Positions 1 to 8,814 of a stretch of DNA of 26,677 bases are shown here, piece by piece. The translations under genes and the position numbers were made by a program. The notes below the pieces were generated by a model. It was not told where the DNA came from. It was given only the letters and a program-made list of their open reading frames with translations, and made no database searches. Position 1 is the stretch's first letter, and each line of letters starts with the position of its first letter. The stretch covers positions 1 through 26,677 of IMG/VR virus record IMGVR_UViG_3300040733_000120, one strand, 5' to 3'. The DNA is from a virus (taxonomy: Duplodnaviria > Caudoviricetes).

Positions 1-345
1 CTAAACCGCATTTCCCACAGCCTTGGTCGCCTTGTACGCCAGGGCAGCGGGGATGAATGCTGCGATCGCAACGACTGCACAAAACGCCACTCCCTGGGAC
101 AGGTACATCGCAAAGCTGTAGCCGAGCGATACGGCAAACGCCAGGGCAACTGCAGCCCACCCGTGCAACTTGGCGATGTTATTCAGCATTTGGGTAAATC
201 CGACCACCGAACCGATCGCCTGGACCATCGCTGAAGCGAAGATCACATTATAGACCGACGGGATCGGGATCTCATCCTGGGCCAGGACCATCCCCACCGA
301 GCCGAGCACGAACAGTACGGCTGCCAGAATCATCACGTTCTTCAT
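1..345 (-). CDS. Small membrane protein in lysis cassette with N-terminal signal-peptide-like segment (holin-like/accessory lysis)
   Basis: 114 aa; MKNVMILAAVLFVLGSVGMVLA|QDE followed by 2-3 further hydrophobic helices; GAGGTGAGGT SD-like sequence upstream; two genes downstream of the endolysin. Confidence 0.5.
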   Translation of the reverse strand: MKNVMILAAVLFVLGSVGMVLAQDEIPIPSVYNVIFASAMVQAIGSVVGFTQMLNNIAKLHGWAAVALAFAVSLGYSFAMYLSQGVAFCAVVAIAAFIPAALAYKATKAVGNAV

Positions 346-348
346 ACC

Positions 349-729
349 TCACCTCTTGTGTTTTTTAATCCACTTTTGCAGGGCTTCCAAGGCGGCCCTG
401 ATCGCCTCTAATATTGCATCGATCCAGTTTTTTGCACCGGTGTTGCGGACTTTGTCGATCCCCGCCCAGGTCATGTATCCCCCGCAGAGGGCGATGATCC
501 CCACGCCGATGTAATGGGTGGCACTCCACGCCGAGAGTGCTCCGCCGGCGGTGATCAATGCGCCCATGACATAGGCAAACCACGGCCGCCCGTAAAAGGG
601 CGCCTTCGGAAGTCTTGCTCCCTCCTTCTCTGGGCGAGGTTGGAGATCCGGATCGAGAGGTTTACTTGTGACATCCCGCGGCTGAGAACCCTCGGCCGGC
701 TCGATTGGTAAAAAGTCCCTGGCATTCAT
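349..729 (-). CDS. Putative holin (2 TM helices)
   Basis: 126 aa; Pro-rich charged N-terminus, two TM segments (WFAYVMGALITAGGALSAW; YIGVGIIALCGGYMTWAGI), basic amphipathic C-terminus; ATGA overlap with the endolysin stop. Confidence 0.5.
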   Translation of the reverse strand: MNARDFLPIEPAEGSQPRDVTSKPLDPDLQPRPEKEGARLPKAPFYGRPWFAYVMGALITAGGALSAWSATHYIGVGIIALCGGYMTWAGIDKVRNTGAKNWIDAILEAIRAALEALQKWIKKHKR

Positions 730-1205
730 GGCAGCTTCTCCCTGAACCGGTCCATGTCCATGGCTGGATCGGTTTTTCTCCCCGGGGCAATCTCCTTGTG
801 CCCCAGGACCAGACCGGCCGGGATATGGTACTGCAGCATCAGGCCGGTCACCAGCAGGTAAAGAGCAGTCAGCTGCTTGACTGAAAAATCCCCGCTTCCT
901 TCCAGTTCAATACCGATCGACCTCCGATTGATAGACAGCCCACCTACATCGACCCCATAATAGTTCCAGCTGCTCCGGCCGGCATGCCAGGCAGCCCGGG
1001 AGTCGTCGACCAGGCGGAATACTTCTCCTGCCCGGGAGATGACATAGTGCGCTGAGACTTTGGACTCAGGACTGCAGAGCCAGCGCAGGTCTCCCATCAG
1101 GGATCCGGCCGTGTGGTGGATGATTATGGTATCCACCTTCGCCCCACCACGATCGCTGCTATTTGGCGAGTGATAGGTGGTGTTGATCACAAGTTCTGTG
1201 CTCAT
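726..1205 (-). CDS. Endolysin, N-acetylmuramoyl-L-alanine amidase (Amidase_2/AmpD-like)
   Basis: Motifs IIIHHTAG, SAHYVI, AWHAG, SIGIELEG, VLGHKEIAPGRKTDP (Zn ligands H, H, D); catalytic domain only. Confidence 0.93.
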   Translation of the reverse strand: MSTELVINTTYHSPNSSDRGGAKVDTIIIHHTAGSLMGDLRWLCSPESKVSAHYVISRAGEVFRLVDDSRAAWHAGRSSWNYYGVDVGGLSINRRSIGIELEGSGDFSVKQLTALYLLVTGLMLQYHIPAGLVLGHKEIAPGRKTDPAMDMDRFREKLP

Positions 1206-1456
1206 TTGGCAGATCCATTCAGATCGAGTTTTTTCTTGATGTATGACAAGTCGTTCTGGATCACGGCCAGCGACTGTTCATATTTGGCATTCTGCGCCAT
1301 CCAGTCCATGCGCAGCTGCACCACCTCCCTGGCCAGGCACTCGTGGTCAGAGCAGTGGCCCTCGGTCTTCGCTTTTTTGGTCTGGAACCAGTCCCATACA
1401 ATCTTGCCGATCAGTGCGGCTGCACCCATGGCCAGCGCGCCAGTCAATGTTTCCAT
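1202..1456 (-). CDS. Small single-TM plus coiled-coil protein (holin-like/XhlA-like) upstream of endolysin
   Basis: Start re-assigned from 1513 to ATG 1456 (GGAG SD upstream, avoids overlap with the upstream gene); 84 aa METLTGALAMGAAALIGKIVWDWF... then heptad-rich C-terminus; ATGA overlap with the endolysin. Confidence 0.55.
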   Translation of the reverse strand: METLTGALAMGAAALIGKIVWDWFQTKKAKTEGHCSDHECLAREVVQLRMDWMAQNAKYEQSLAVIQNDLSYIKKKLDLNGSAK

Positions 1457-1484
1457 GTTGTCCGTCTCCGGTTGTATCAGCTCG

Positions 1485-1976
1485 TTAAAGCTTAAGTGTC
1501 TTAGCCGCTGCAAGCCTTGAAGCGGCAGTGGTTTTGATGAATTCAGATCCTGTATCCTTCATCTGTTCCGGCCCGAGGTTTTCAATCAGTTCATATTTGT
1601 CCTTTTCAACAGCTATAGAAACAGAGATGATATATCCCCACCCTGCCGGGCCATTATACACGTCCACCCGGTAGGTGCCCCTGACAGAGATATCCTTCAG
1701 CCCAAAATCCTCCCAGGTCTCCTTCTGGTCATCCGGCTTCAAGGAACGTTCGAACCTTTTCAGCGACAGGGAGATATCCCTGGAGGTTGTGTCAGATGGC
1801 AGCCCCTGAAAGTATTTTTTGTTCTTTTTGAAATAGAGATCCTCTTTTACCACGATCGAATCCCGGACTGCTTTGAGCTCGGCGTAAAAGTCCGTCTTGT
1901 TCTCGGCCGTGGTCGGGAGCCCTGTCTGAGCCCAGGCTGCTGAAGTAACCAGCATCAGAAGTAATAGCCGTTTCAT
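1485..1976 (-). CDS. Hypothetical exported protein in the tail-fibre module
   Basis: Start at ATG 1976 overlapping the upstream TGA (ATGA); MKRLLLLMLVTSAAWA|QTG is a classical signal peptide; mature part contains YFQGL, PDDQKETW and RVDVYNGPAGWGY motifs. Confidence 0.65.
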   Translation of the reverse strand: MKRLLLLMLVTSAAWAQTGLPTTAENKTDFYAELKAVRDSIVVKEDLYFKKNKKYFQGLPSDTTSRDISLSLKRFERSLKPDDQKETWEDFGLKDISVRGTYRVDVYNGPAGWGYIISVSIAVEKDKYELIENLGPEQMKDTGSEFIKTTAASRLAAAKTLKL

Positions 1977-2734
1977 GGTCTCCATCCGTTTCCTGAGTTA
2001 TAGATTGAATCTGCCATGGCATGACCGGTTGTCTGGTTTCCGGCTCTGCCCCATACCCCGACATCATCGATCAGACCATCCCAATAATAGGTGTTTCCGT
2101 TCCAGGAACCGATTCTGAAAGCTCCGCTATAGTCCCTCGGTTCATGGGTGGCGACAGCCCGCAGGGGAGTCCCGTTATTGATCTGGATGTAGATCGAGTC
2201 GGTCGTGGTATTATACCAGGCACAGATAAAATACCAGGTTGCCGTCGACATCGTGACCCCCGACGATCTGGAAGTCCAGTCTGATCCATCCGAAACCTCA
2301 AAGTACGGGACTGAATTGCCAGCGTAAATATCGTACTCCCAATCACTTGCATTCATTCCATCTGTTTTGGCAAGTATAGGGCGGTAGCTGGCTGTTGACT
2401 CGAGGTTGACCCATAAGGAGATTGTGAAGTTTTCGTTCGCATTAAAACTGAGCTGCGCATTATCGTTGACGATCAAGTATTCCTGGTTTGAATACTCAAA
2501 GTCAGCGGCACTCCCGCTTTTCCCGGATGCATAGCCCACTGTGTTGACATCGGTCAGATCGTTATCCCCTATAGCATCATACCTGGTCCCCGAGGTCTCG
2601 TCCATCTTCCAGAAGGAAATCAGGCTGTTTGATAAAGTGCTCGATGGAGCAGCTCCGCCTGAAAAATCGGCGTGCATGATCATCTGGGCCCTGGCCCCCG
2701 TGACGATCAGGAGTATGAGCAGAATCCTTTTCAT
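1973..2734 (-). CDS. LamG/concanavalin-A-like lectin domain protein (putative receptor-binding protein) with signal peptide
   Basis: LISFWKMDETSGTRYDAIGDNDL, FTISLWVN, TWYFICAWY, FRIGSW..YYWDGLIDDVGVW are the Laminin_G_3 pattern; N-terminal MKRILLILLIVTGARA|Q. Confidence 0.85.
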   Translation of the reverse strand: MKRILLILLIVTGARAQMIMHADFSGGAAPSSTLSNSLISFWKMDETSGTRYDAIGDNDLTDVNTVGYASGKSGSAADFEYSNQEYLIVNDNAQLSFNANENFTISLWVNLESTASYRPILAKTDGMNASDWEYDIYAGNSVPYFEVSDGSDWTSRSSGVTMSTATWYFICAWYNTTTDSIYIQINNGTPLRAVATHEPRDYSGAFRIGSWNGNTYYWDGLIDDVGVWGRAGNQTTGHAMADSIYNSGNGWRP

Positions 2735-2737
2735 AAT

Positions 2738-4288
2738 CTAGTTCCCGCAGTTTTTCCGGAAGACGATCGTAAAAGTGACCGTCTCAACATTGTCGAATTC
2801 GGTCCCGATATTGACAGCGCACCAGGAGCCGGCGGCTATTGCAGTGTCGTCGATATTGCTGGTCACGTCCGTCTCAGCTGCGGAGCAGGAGACTGCTTCG
2901 ATCGTCGAGGTCGTCCCGCCGGCAGCCGTGGTCTGCTCGATAAAGGTGACCGTGTCGGTGACTGACGCCTTGCAGGCAACATTCAGGCTGATGATCGTCG
3001 CTCCCTGGGGGAATGCAGCCGAGCTGAACTTGTACAACGGATATAGTGAGCACTTGGCTGCGGCCAGATCCGGCTCGAGCAGGGTGAATGAGTATGATTC
3101 GACATCATTGATGAACCTCGAGGCAGTCCCGTCATAATACTCGATTCCGCTGCCGTTTGAATCGATCGCGATTTCACCACTGGCGTCCGTGGTCGGATTG
3201 TTGTCATAGGGGATCCCGACAGATCCGGTAAAAGTCGGGCTCGTACCAAACACCATCGATCCGGATCCGGTCTCATCGGTCACCCGGCCAGCCCAATTCG
3301 ATGAGGTAGTGGCATCGATGTCGCTGTAAACATGAGCATGCGAGTCGTCGGCCACTGTCACGGCCCCGCCATCGGCAATCGTCGCATCCCCGGAGAGTGT
3401 GATCCACTTGGCCGTGCCGGCAGAGCTGTACTGCAGGAGCTGGGCACTTGCACCGGTCGACGGGATATGTTTGTACCCGTCGGCTGTCGAATGCGACAGG
3501 GCATCTCCTGAAAGAGAGACACCTCCGGAAGCGCTGAGGTTTGTATCGTCCGAAATATCGATGCCGGAGAGCGTCGAGCCTGTATGGGTGTGATCGCCGG
3601 CTGCGATCGTCCCGGCGGATGTCCCGATGGCCAGGCCGTTTTTCAGGGTCTTTGAGTTTGCCCCGTTCCATTGCGGGATATAATCGGCCGAATTCGTGGC
3701 CGGCCCAAGAACATCCCCTCCCCCGGATGGTGCCGCCCATGTTCCGTTGTAGCTTAAAAACTGTCCGCTCGAGCCCGGCGCCGTTGGTAAAGACCACGTG
3801 TTTCCGGTCGTGCCGATCGTGACCGTCGATTTGAACCTGGCTGCCTGCTCGACTCTCAAGGCGGATCCGGCGACCAGAGTATCGGAGAACGTCTGCTTGC
3901 CTGCCCACGTGTTGGCAGTCGACAGCTTGATCCCGAGCCGGTAGGGGTTGTCAGCTGTGCCGGATCCGGACCGGCTCAGAGTGCTGTCGCTCTTGCCTCC
4001 GGTCACCTCGTTGCCGATGACGCCGTCCACTTCCGAGCCGGCCGCCGGGGTTTGCCATGAGATGGCCCCGGATCCGTTTGTTGTCAAAACCTGCCCGTTC
4101 GAACCGTCAGCCACCGGGAGAAAGTAATTAGGCGTTCTTAAAGTGTCCCCCCGGATCCCGCCGGAAACCGTTAAGGCACTCGGCACGGTTTTGGTCATCA
4201 CCCCGACTTTCCTGGGGAAGTAGTGAGCCGATGTCTGGGCGGCCGCCAGAGATGGCAACAGCATGAGCAAAAAGACAGATTTTCGCAT
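2738..4288 (-). CDS. Tail fibre-like protein with signal peptide
   Basis: 516 aa, G/S/T-rich; fibre-type motifs LPVADGSNGQVLTTNGSGAISW, GDVLGPATNSADYIPQWNGANSKTLK, HxH motifs (GDHTHTG, DDSHAHV), TDETGSGSMVFGTSPTF; beta-rich C-terminal head; N-terminal MRKSVFLLMLLPSLAAA|Q. Confidence 0.75.
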   Translation of the reverse strand: MRKSVFLLMLLPSLAAAQTSAHYFPRKVGVMTKTVPSALTVSGGIRGDTLRTPNYFLPVADGSNGQVLTTNGSGAISWQTPAAGSEVDGVIGNEVTGGKSDSTLSRSGSGTADNPYRLGIKLSTANTWAGKQTFSDTLVAGSALRVEQAARFKSTVTIGTTGNTWSLPTAPGSSGQFLSYNGTWAAPSGGGDVLGPATNSADYIPQWNGANSKTLKNGLAIGTSAGTIAAGDHTHTGSTLSGIDISDDTNLSASGGVSLSGDALSHSTADGYKHIPSTGASAQLLQYSSAGTAKWITLSGDATIADGGAVTVADDSHAHVYSDIDATTSSNWAGRVTDETGSGSMVFGTSPTFTGSVGIPYDNNPTTDASGEIAIDSNGSGIEYYDGTASRFINDVESYSFTLLEPDLAAAKCSLYPLYKFSSAAFPQGATIISLNVACKASVTDTVTFIEQTTAAGGTTSTIEAVSCSAAETDVTSNIDDTAIAAGSWCAVNIGTEFDNVETVTFTIVFRKNCGN

Positions 4289-4291
4289 GAT

Positions 4292-4561
4292 TCAGACTCC
4301 AATCGCAGGTGCAGATTTCTTGGCAAACAGCGTCCCGATTCTTGTCCCGTCGACGAAGATCCCGTAGTGGGTCTCGTCATCCAGATCGGCGCTCGGGTAG
4401 TACCTGGAAAGCTGTGTCGAGCACTGTGTGCAGGTGACAGCCCCGGAAGGGTACGAATTTTCGATCGGGCAAACCTCCACAGTGTGCCCTGTCGTGTCGT
4501 CTTCGCCGGTCCCGGGTGTCACCAGCTGGATAAAAACCGTGTCCTTATCCCACGCTGCCAT
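4292..4561 (-). CDS. Hypothetical tail-associated protein (small beta-rich)
   Basis: Start re-assigned to ATG 4561 (GGAGG SD); 89 aa MAAWDKDTVFIQLV...; located between tail-tip genes and the fibre. Confidence 0.6.
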   Translation of the reverse strand: MAAWDKDTVFIQLVTPGTGEDDTTGHTVEVCPIENSYPSGAVTCTQCSTQLSRYYPSADLDDETHYGIFVDGTRIGTLFAKKSAPAIGV

Positions 4562-5000
4562 AAATAAAGCCTCCATTCGGGAAATAGAGCAGGCCCGGAC
4601 TAACCTCGCCTACTCCAGGGGTTTCTGTTTCGACAAACTGCAGCTCAACATCCTCGCCGAGCAGGAAACCGGCGAAGTACTTCTCCACCTTTTCCGGCAC
4701 TATCCAGGCGTAAATGAACAGGCTGGTATCAAGATGGTAACGGTAATAAATTCTTGCCACACTCGTCAACCCGGCGATGATCCTTACCTTGGCCAGTGTC
4801 CCGCCGGTCTGCCTGAATTTCAGGGATCCGGACCGCCAGGATACCGGCCCGGAGTAGATCCGGGATAGACCGTTTTTGTACCGCTGCACGTCCATCGCGC
4901 AGTTGGTTCTCAGTCTCAGTTGTGCGGCTTCCTCTGCGTCAAAGTCAATGTCGACGTTACCGGTACCCGGATTGCAGGATATGCGCCAGACTGTGGCCAT
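4545..5000 (-). CDS. Hypothetical tail-tip protein (possibly second Dit-like protein)
   Basis: Start re-assigned to ATG 5000, just after the upstream TAG at 5002; 151 aa MATVWRISC...; beta-strand pattern; tail module. Confidence 0.55.
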   Translation of the reverse strand: MATVWRISCNPGTGNVDIDFDAEEAAQLRLRTNCAMDVQRYKNGLSRIYSGPVSWRSGSLKFRQTGGTLAKVRIIAGLTSVARIYYRYHLDTSLFIYAWIVPEKVEKYFAGFLLGEDVELQFVETETPGVGEVSPGLLYFPNGGFIYGSVG

Positions 5001-5001
5001 C

Positions 5002-5613
5002 CTACCCTCTGATGTCCTGCGGAACGGAGATCCCGCCGATTTCAGCTTTTTGCGCGCCTGTCCCGCCGGATTCGGTGATGACCGTCCGGACAAAGGCCCG
5101 GATCATATCCCCGCGGACAAGATCGGTTGCGGTGATCACAAAAGTAAATTGCCCCATGATCGTCGTCAGGTTCTGAACAGCAGTCTCGCAAAGATCGGAT
5201 CCGGCGGTCCCGGCTTCAGCGATTTTGTAGCACTCGCAGTCGACCGTCTTGACCGACATGGTTCCGGCGCCGGTATCGTAGACACGGGCAGTCACTGTTA
5301 TTTTGAGGTCCTGGCCGTCATCGAAACATTCCGGGACCGGGAACTCGAGCATAACCGTCTCGGTTTTGGTCGTTCCGTGTGCATCCTGGCCACGCAAGAG
5401 GCCAGTACCCGATCCCCAGCCGCCCATGACCAGCTGCGGGTTGCCGGCAGCACCGGTCGGGTTGACCGTCGACCCGTCGGCATAACGCAGACTGCAGAGC
5501 GGAACCGGATAATTCTGCAAAGCGATCTGCTCCTGATTACCCCGCTTGATGGCGTTCAGGAAAGCCGCGGTTATCGCGGTCCGGGCTGAAAAAACTGTCG
5601 AATTCAGGCTCAT
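5002..5613 (-). CDS. Tail-tip/baseplate protein (predicted beta-sandwich)
   Basis: 203 aa directly after the hub protein; AAGGAC SD; alternating hydrophobic beta pattern (LEFPVPECFDDGQDLKITVTARV). Confidence 0.55.
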   Translation of the reverse strand: MSLNSTVFSARTAITAAFLNAIKRGNQEQIALQNYPVPLCSLRYADGSTVNPTGAAGNPQLVMGGWGSGTGLLRGQDAHGTTKTETVMLEFPVPECFDDGQDLKITVTARVYDTGAGTMSVKTVDCECYKIAEAGTAGSDLCETAVQNLTTIMGQFTFVITATDLVRGDMIRAFVRTVITESGGTGAQKAEIGGISVPQDIRG

Positions 5614-5622
5614 ATCTGTCCT

Positions 5623-8600
5623 TTACCAGGCACAATGAACATCGGCCAGGGCTGAGTCGGCCAGGGCAAACTTGTCGAACACGCTTGAATTATACCCGGT
5701 CAGGGCCACATTGCGGCTGCCAATGGCAGCTATCCTTTTTCTGATCGTTTCAAAGCGGCCGCAGATATCCGGATCATCAATGTCAATATCCCAGCGCTCC
5801 CCTATCCGCATCAGGAGTGATCGCAGATCGCAGTTGATGGTCACCAGCTGCAGGCCGGCTGCATACTGTTCGTATTTGCGCTGGGCGGCCAGCTGCGCCT
5901 GTTCCGCGCTGTAAATCCCCGGGCAGTAGATGGTTTTCGCAACTTCCTTTCCGTACCGGCGGTATGACGGATTCTCTGCCGCACTGGGCGGATAGGTATA
6001 GCTTCCCAGATACTCCTGGCTGACATAATCATAGGCATATTTGACAGTAATGACGTTGACCAGCTCCAGCGCCTCGGTCCGGACATCAGCCTTGATATCG
6101 GCTTCCGTGAATTCGTGCACCGCTGATTGCAGCCGCGGCCGCATCGTGTGCAGGCACTCGAGGCCAAAATGGTGATACTGCATCAGCCCGGCGTGCTGGC
6201 AGATCGCCTCAATCGCCTGGGCCACCGTCATGCTCCGGTCGAGCGTCAGGCTGATCAGGATATCGGCATCCCGGCAGTACTCATATTCCCGGTCGTAGGA
6301 AAACTCCGGGTTTAACGTCTGCCCGGTCTTCTTTATCCATGTGACCAGGAAACCTGTAAAATCGGCCGGGAGATAGGTTTTGATCGCTATGGCTGGCGGC
6401 CAGCTTGCAGCCAGGGAATTGCCGGCATAGATAATTTTCAGGGTCCCCCCAAAATCGAGCACATCCAGTGCCGGCAGAAGCGCCGGCAGGGTTACACCGA
6501 TAGTTGTGTATCCTGTCACCGCATCATAAGCGGTAACCAGCCCAAGCTCGATATCGCCGAAAAAAGCAGATGCATCAATCTGTTTGGGCGCCAGGCCAAC
6601 CCGGGAGACTTGCAGATCATAGATCATCTGCACCGGATTTTCATTGATCCAGGTGATTCCGGTGACAAAGGTCATTTGATCATCTTTGGCCATGCCAGCT
6701 GTCCACGCTGCGGCCGGGATGGTAATGATATTGGCGATCTCGAAATCCTCTGTTATCTCCCCGCTGAAAGGCGTCAGCCCCGGTGGAGTGGCGGTAAAGG
6801 CCGTGGCGGAGGCCCAGAGGAAAATCCACTGACCGACCGGGCATCTCGATCCGATGACGACCTGAGACCTGTCCAGCATGCCGCCGACGTAAAGATTTGT
6901 CTGATCCTCGTACTCCTGGTTTTTATCGGCCGGCATCCGGATATCCGGAAGCATCTCGTTTTCTGCACTGGCTGTAATGGTCAGCTCTTTTGTGGCAGTC
7001 GCGCCGGCGCCATCGGTCACTGTGACCGTAAAGGTTGTTGATCCATTGGCCGCCTGGTATCCGGATATGATCCCGGTGGCCGAATCAAGCTCCAGTCCTG
7101 CCGGCAGATTCCCGGTAGTAACAGTCCAGGCGTATTCGCCGGCGCCGCCCGAGGCGCGCAGGGCATGATTGTAATAATGGGCTTCGCGGGATATCGGGAG
7201 ACTGGCTGTTGTAACTGCCAGGGCACCGTAAAATGCCCGGAAATAGTCGACATCGACCGACTTGTCGCCGGTTGTGCCGGTGTTTAAGTCAGTGCAAACA
7301 GCCAGCCCGACGTATTTGACCACCTGTGCATCAGCCCGGGAGCCCAATAATACCCACGTGCTTGATCCAGACAGGCGGTAGTAAAAATAATATGTCCCGG
7401 AGACCTTGCGGATCCTGAAATCGGTGACCACTGTTCCGCTCGAGTATGCGCCGACAGTGTTCAAATCCTCACGCTTGATTGCCGCCAGTCTTTGATAATT
7501 GCCATCAAAGCCAAGAGTAAAACCAAAATCAATGGATTCATCACCAACAGTGGTTACGGCAAGTCCCATCTGCAAGTCACTGGATCCGGTGAAATTGGCG
7601 CCGTCTATCCGGGCTAGAAGGCAAAAGTCGCCTGCAAGCGATCCCGGAGAAGCTACGGCGAGCATGTTATAACAGGCAATGGCCAGGACAGACCCATCCC
7701 ACATCAGATCGACGTTATTCTGGTTGGTCGCCCCAATACGGCAATACCCCTCAGCGGCTGAAAGCGATGGTTCATCGGCAACCCATCCCGGCACATCTTC
7801 CCCTGCTATCTCTTCAAAATCGGAAAGTCCGGGACCGGACTCGAAATCCTCATTGATGCGGTCATAAACCGTCAGCGTGCAATCCTGTTCCTTGCTCTCC
7901 CCGGCTGCATTGGTGGCCCTGATTGTGAATGTAAATGTCCCGGATTCAGCTGGTGTGCCGGATAATTCACCGCTTTCAGCATTTATGCTGGTACCTGCCG
8001 GCAAGGCCCCGTCAACAATTTCGAAGGTGAGCGGCGGCTGATAGAAATCGTTATCCCAGGCTATCGAATTGATAAGCTGTCCATCCGTACCGATGACCAT
8101 CAGCTTTTTTGTGTCATCGGAATCGGCCCCGGCCAGATTTGTATCGAGCATCCTTTTCCGCGCGTCGGCGCAGGTGATCACAGCCTGTCCGCAGGACACC
8201 TCGGGGTCTTTGGTTATCTCCCCCTGGAAGATGGTGATTTTCTCCGGCGTTGATTCAGTCAGATTAACCAGGCGGACCAGCAGCTGCTTGCCGGCGATCG
8301 GAGCTGTGTGGATCCGGGATCCGGCTGCATAGTCATGGGCAAGGCCTGAATCTATCACAAGCTCATGGTAACCGCTCGATCCGTCATCAGATGTAAAGCT
8401 GCCTGCGGTGACAGTCTCGGAGTGTGCCACATCCGAGATGATGAGCACCTCGCCGGCAGCGAAAACCACCTCAGGCCAGGATATCAGCCTGATCGTCGTG
8501 GCGCCCGCGGAGAGATCATCCTTAACCTCCCCTTCGCACTGGTGGAATGGTGAGGCGGTGTTATCCGGATCGAAATAGTTATCCAGGTCGTTGAATGTCA

Positions 8601-8814
8601 AAGCAACATCAGGGATATAGGCCATCCCGCCCTGCTCAATATCAAGGTCACGCTCCTGGCCGATCTCGGCAACATCAACGATATCGTGGTCCCCGTCCAG
8701 GGCGATAGCAGCGCTATCCGGATCGAGGACCACCTCAACGGCGATCTTGCCTCCGGTCTTGCGCTCGAGCGCTGCTTCCCAAAAGGCTGGGATATTTCCT
8801 TCGTACCATGGCAT
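5623..8814 (-). CDS. Tail hub/central tail-tip protein with inserted He_PIG-type Ig domains and a ConA-like domain
   Basis: 1063 aa, second gene after the tape measure; Ig motifs GALPAGTSINAESGELSGTPAESGTFTFTIRAT and GNLPAGLELDSATGIISG..GSTTFTVTVTD; lectin-like FRIRKVSGTYYFYYRLSGSSTWVLLGS...VDVDYFR; hub-like C-terminus (NPVQMIYDL, VNVITVKY, SYRRYG). Confidence 0.8.
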   Translation of the reverse strand: MPWYEGNIPAFWEAALERKTGGKIAVEVVLDPDSAAIALDGDHDIVDVAEIGQERDLDIEQGGMAYIPDVALTFNDLDNYFDPDNTASPFHQCEGEVKDDLSAGATTIRLISWPEVVFAAGEVLIISDVAHSETVTAGSFTSDDGSSGYHELVIDSGLAHDYAAGSRIHTAPIAGKQLLVRLVNLTESTPEKITIFQGEITKDPEVSCGQAVITCADARKRMLDTNLAGADSDDTKKLMVIGTDGQLINSIAWDNDFYQPPLTFEIVDGALPAGTSINAESGELSGTPAESGTFTFTIRATNAAGESKEQDCTLTVYDRINEDFESGPGLSDFEEIAGEDVPGWVADEPSLSAAEGYCRIGATNQNNVDLMWDGSVLAIACYNMLAVASPGSLAGDFCLLARIDGANFTGSSDLQMGLAVTTVGDESIDFGFTLGFDGNYQRLAAIKREDLNTVGAYSSGTVVTDFRIRKVSGTYYFYYRLSGSSTWVLLGSRADAQVVKYVGLAVCTDLNTGTTGDKSVDVDYFRAFYGALAVTTASLPISREAHYYNHALRASGGAGEYAWTVTTGNLPAGLELDSATGIISGYQAANGSTTFTVTVTDGAGATATKELTITASAENEMLPDIRMPADKNQEYEDQTNLYVGGMLDRSQVVIGSRCPVGQWIFLWASATAFTATPPGLTPFSGEITEDFEIANIITIPAAAWTAGMAKDDQMTFVTGITWINENPVQMIYDLQVSRVGLAPKQIDASAFFGDIELGLVTAYDAVTGYTTIGVTLPALLPALDVLDFGGTLKIIYAGNSLAASWPPAIAIKTYLPADFTGFLVTWIKKTGQTLNPEFSYDREYEYCRDADILISLTLDRSMTVAQAIEAICQHAGLMQYHHFGLECLHTMRPRLQSAVHEFTEADIKADVRTEALELVNVITVKYAYDYVSQEYLGSYTYPPSAAENPSYRRYGKEVAKTIYCPGIYSAEQAQLAAQRKYEQYAAGLQLVTINCDLRSLLMRIGERWDIDIDDPDICGRFETIRKRIAAIGSRNVALTGYNSSVFDKFALADSALADVHCAW

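Noticed and set aside
365-583. Nested ORF in the holin-like gene as a possible o-spanin
   Set aside because: No hydrophobic signal or lipobox; Arg-rich alternative-frame composition.
1973-8814. Diversity-generating retroelement or invertible cassette acting on receptor-binding genes
   Set aside because: No reverse transcriptase, recombinase, template/variable repeat pair or inverted repeats seen in the window.
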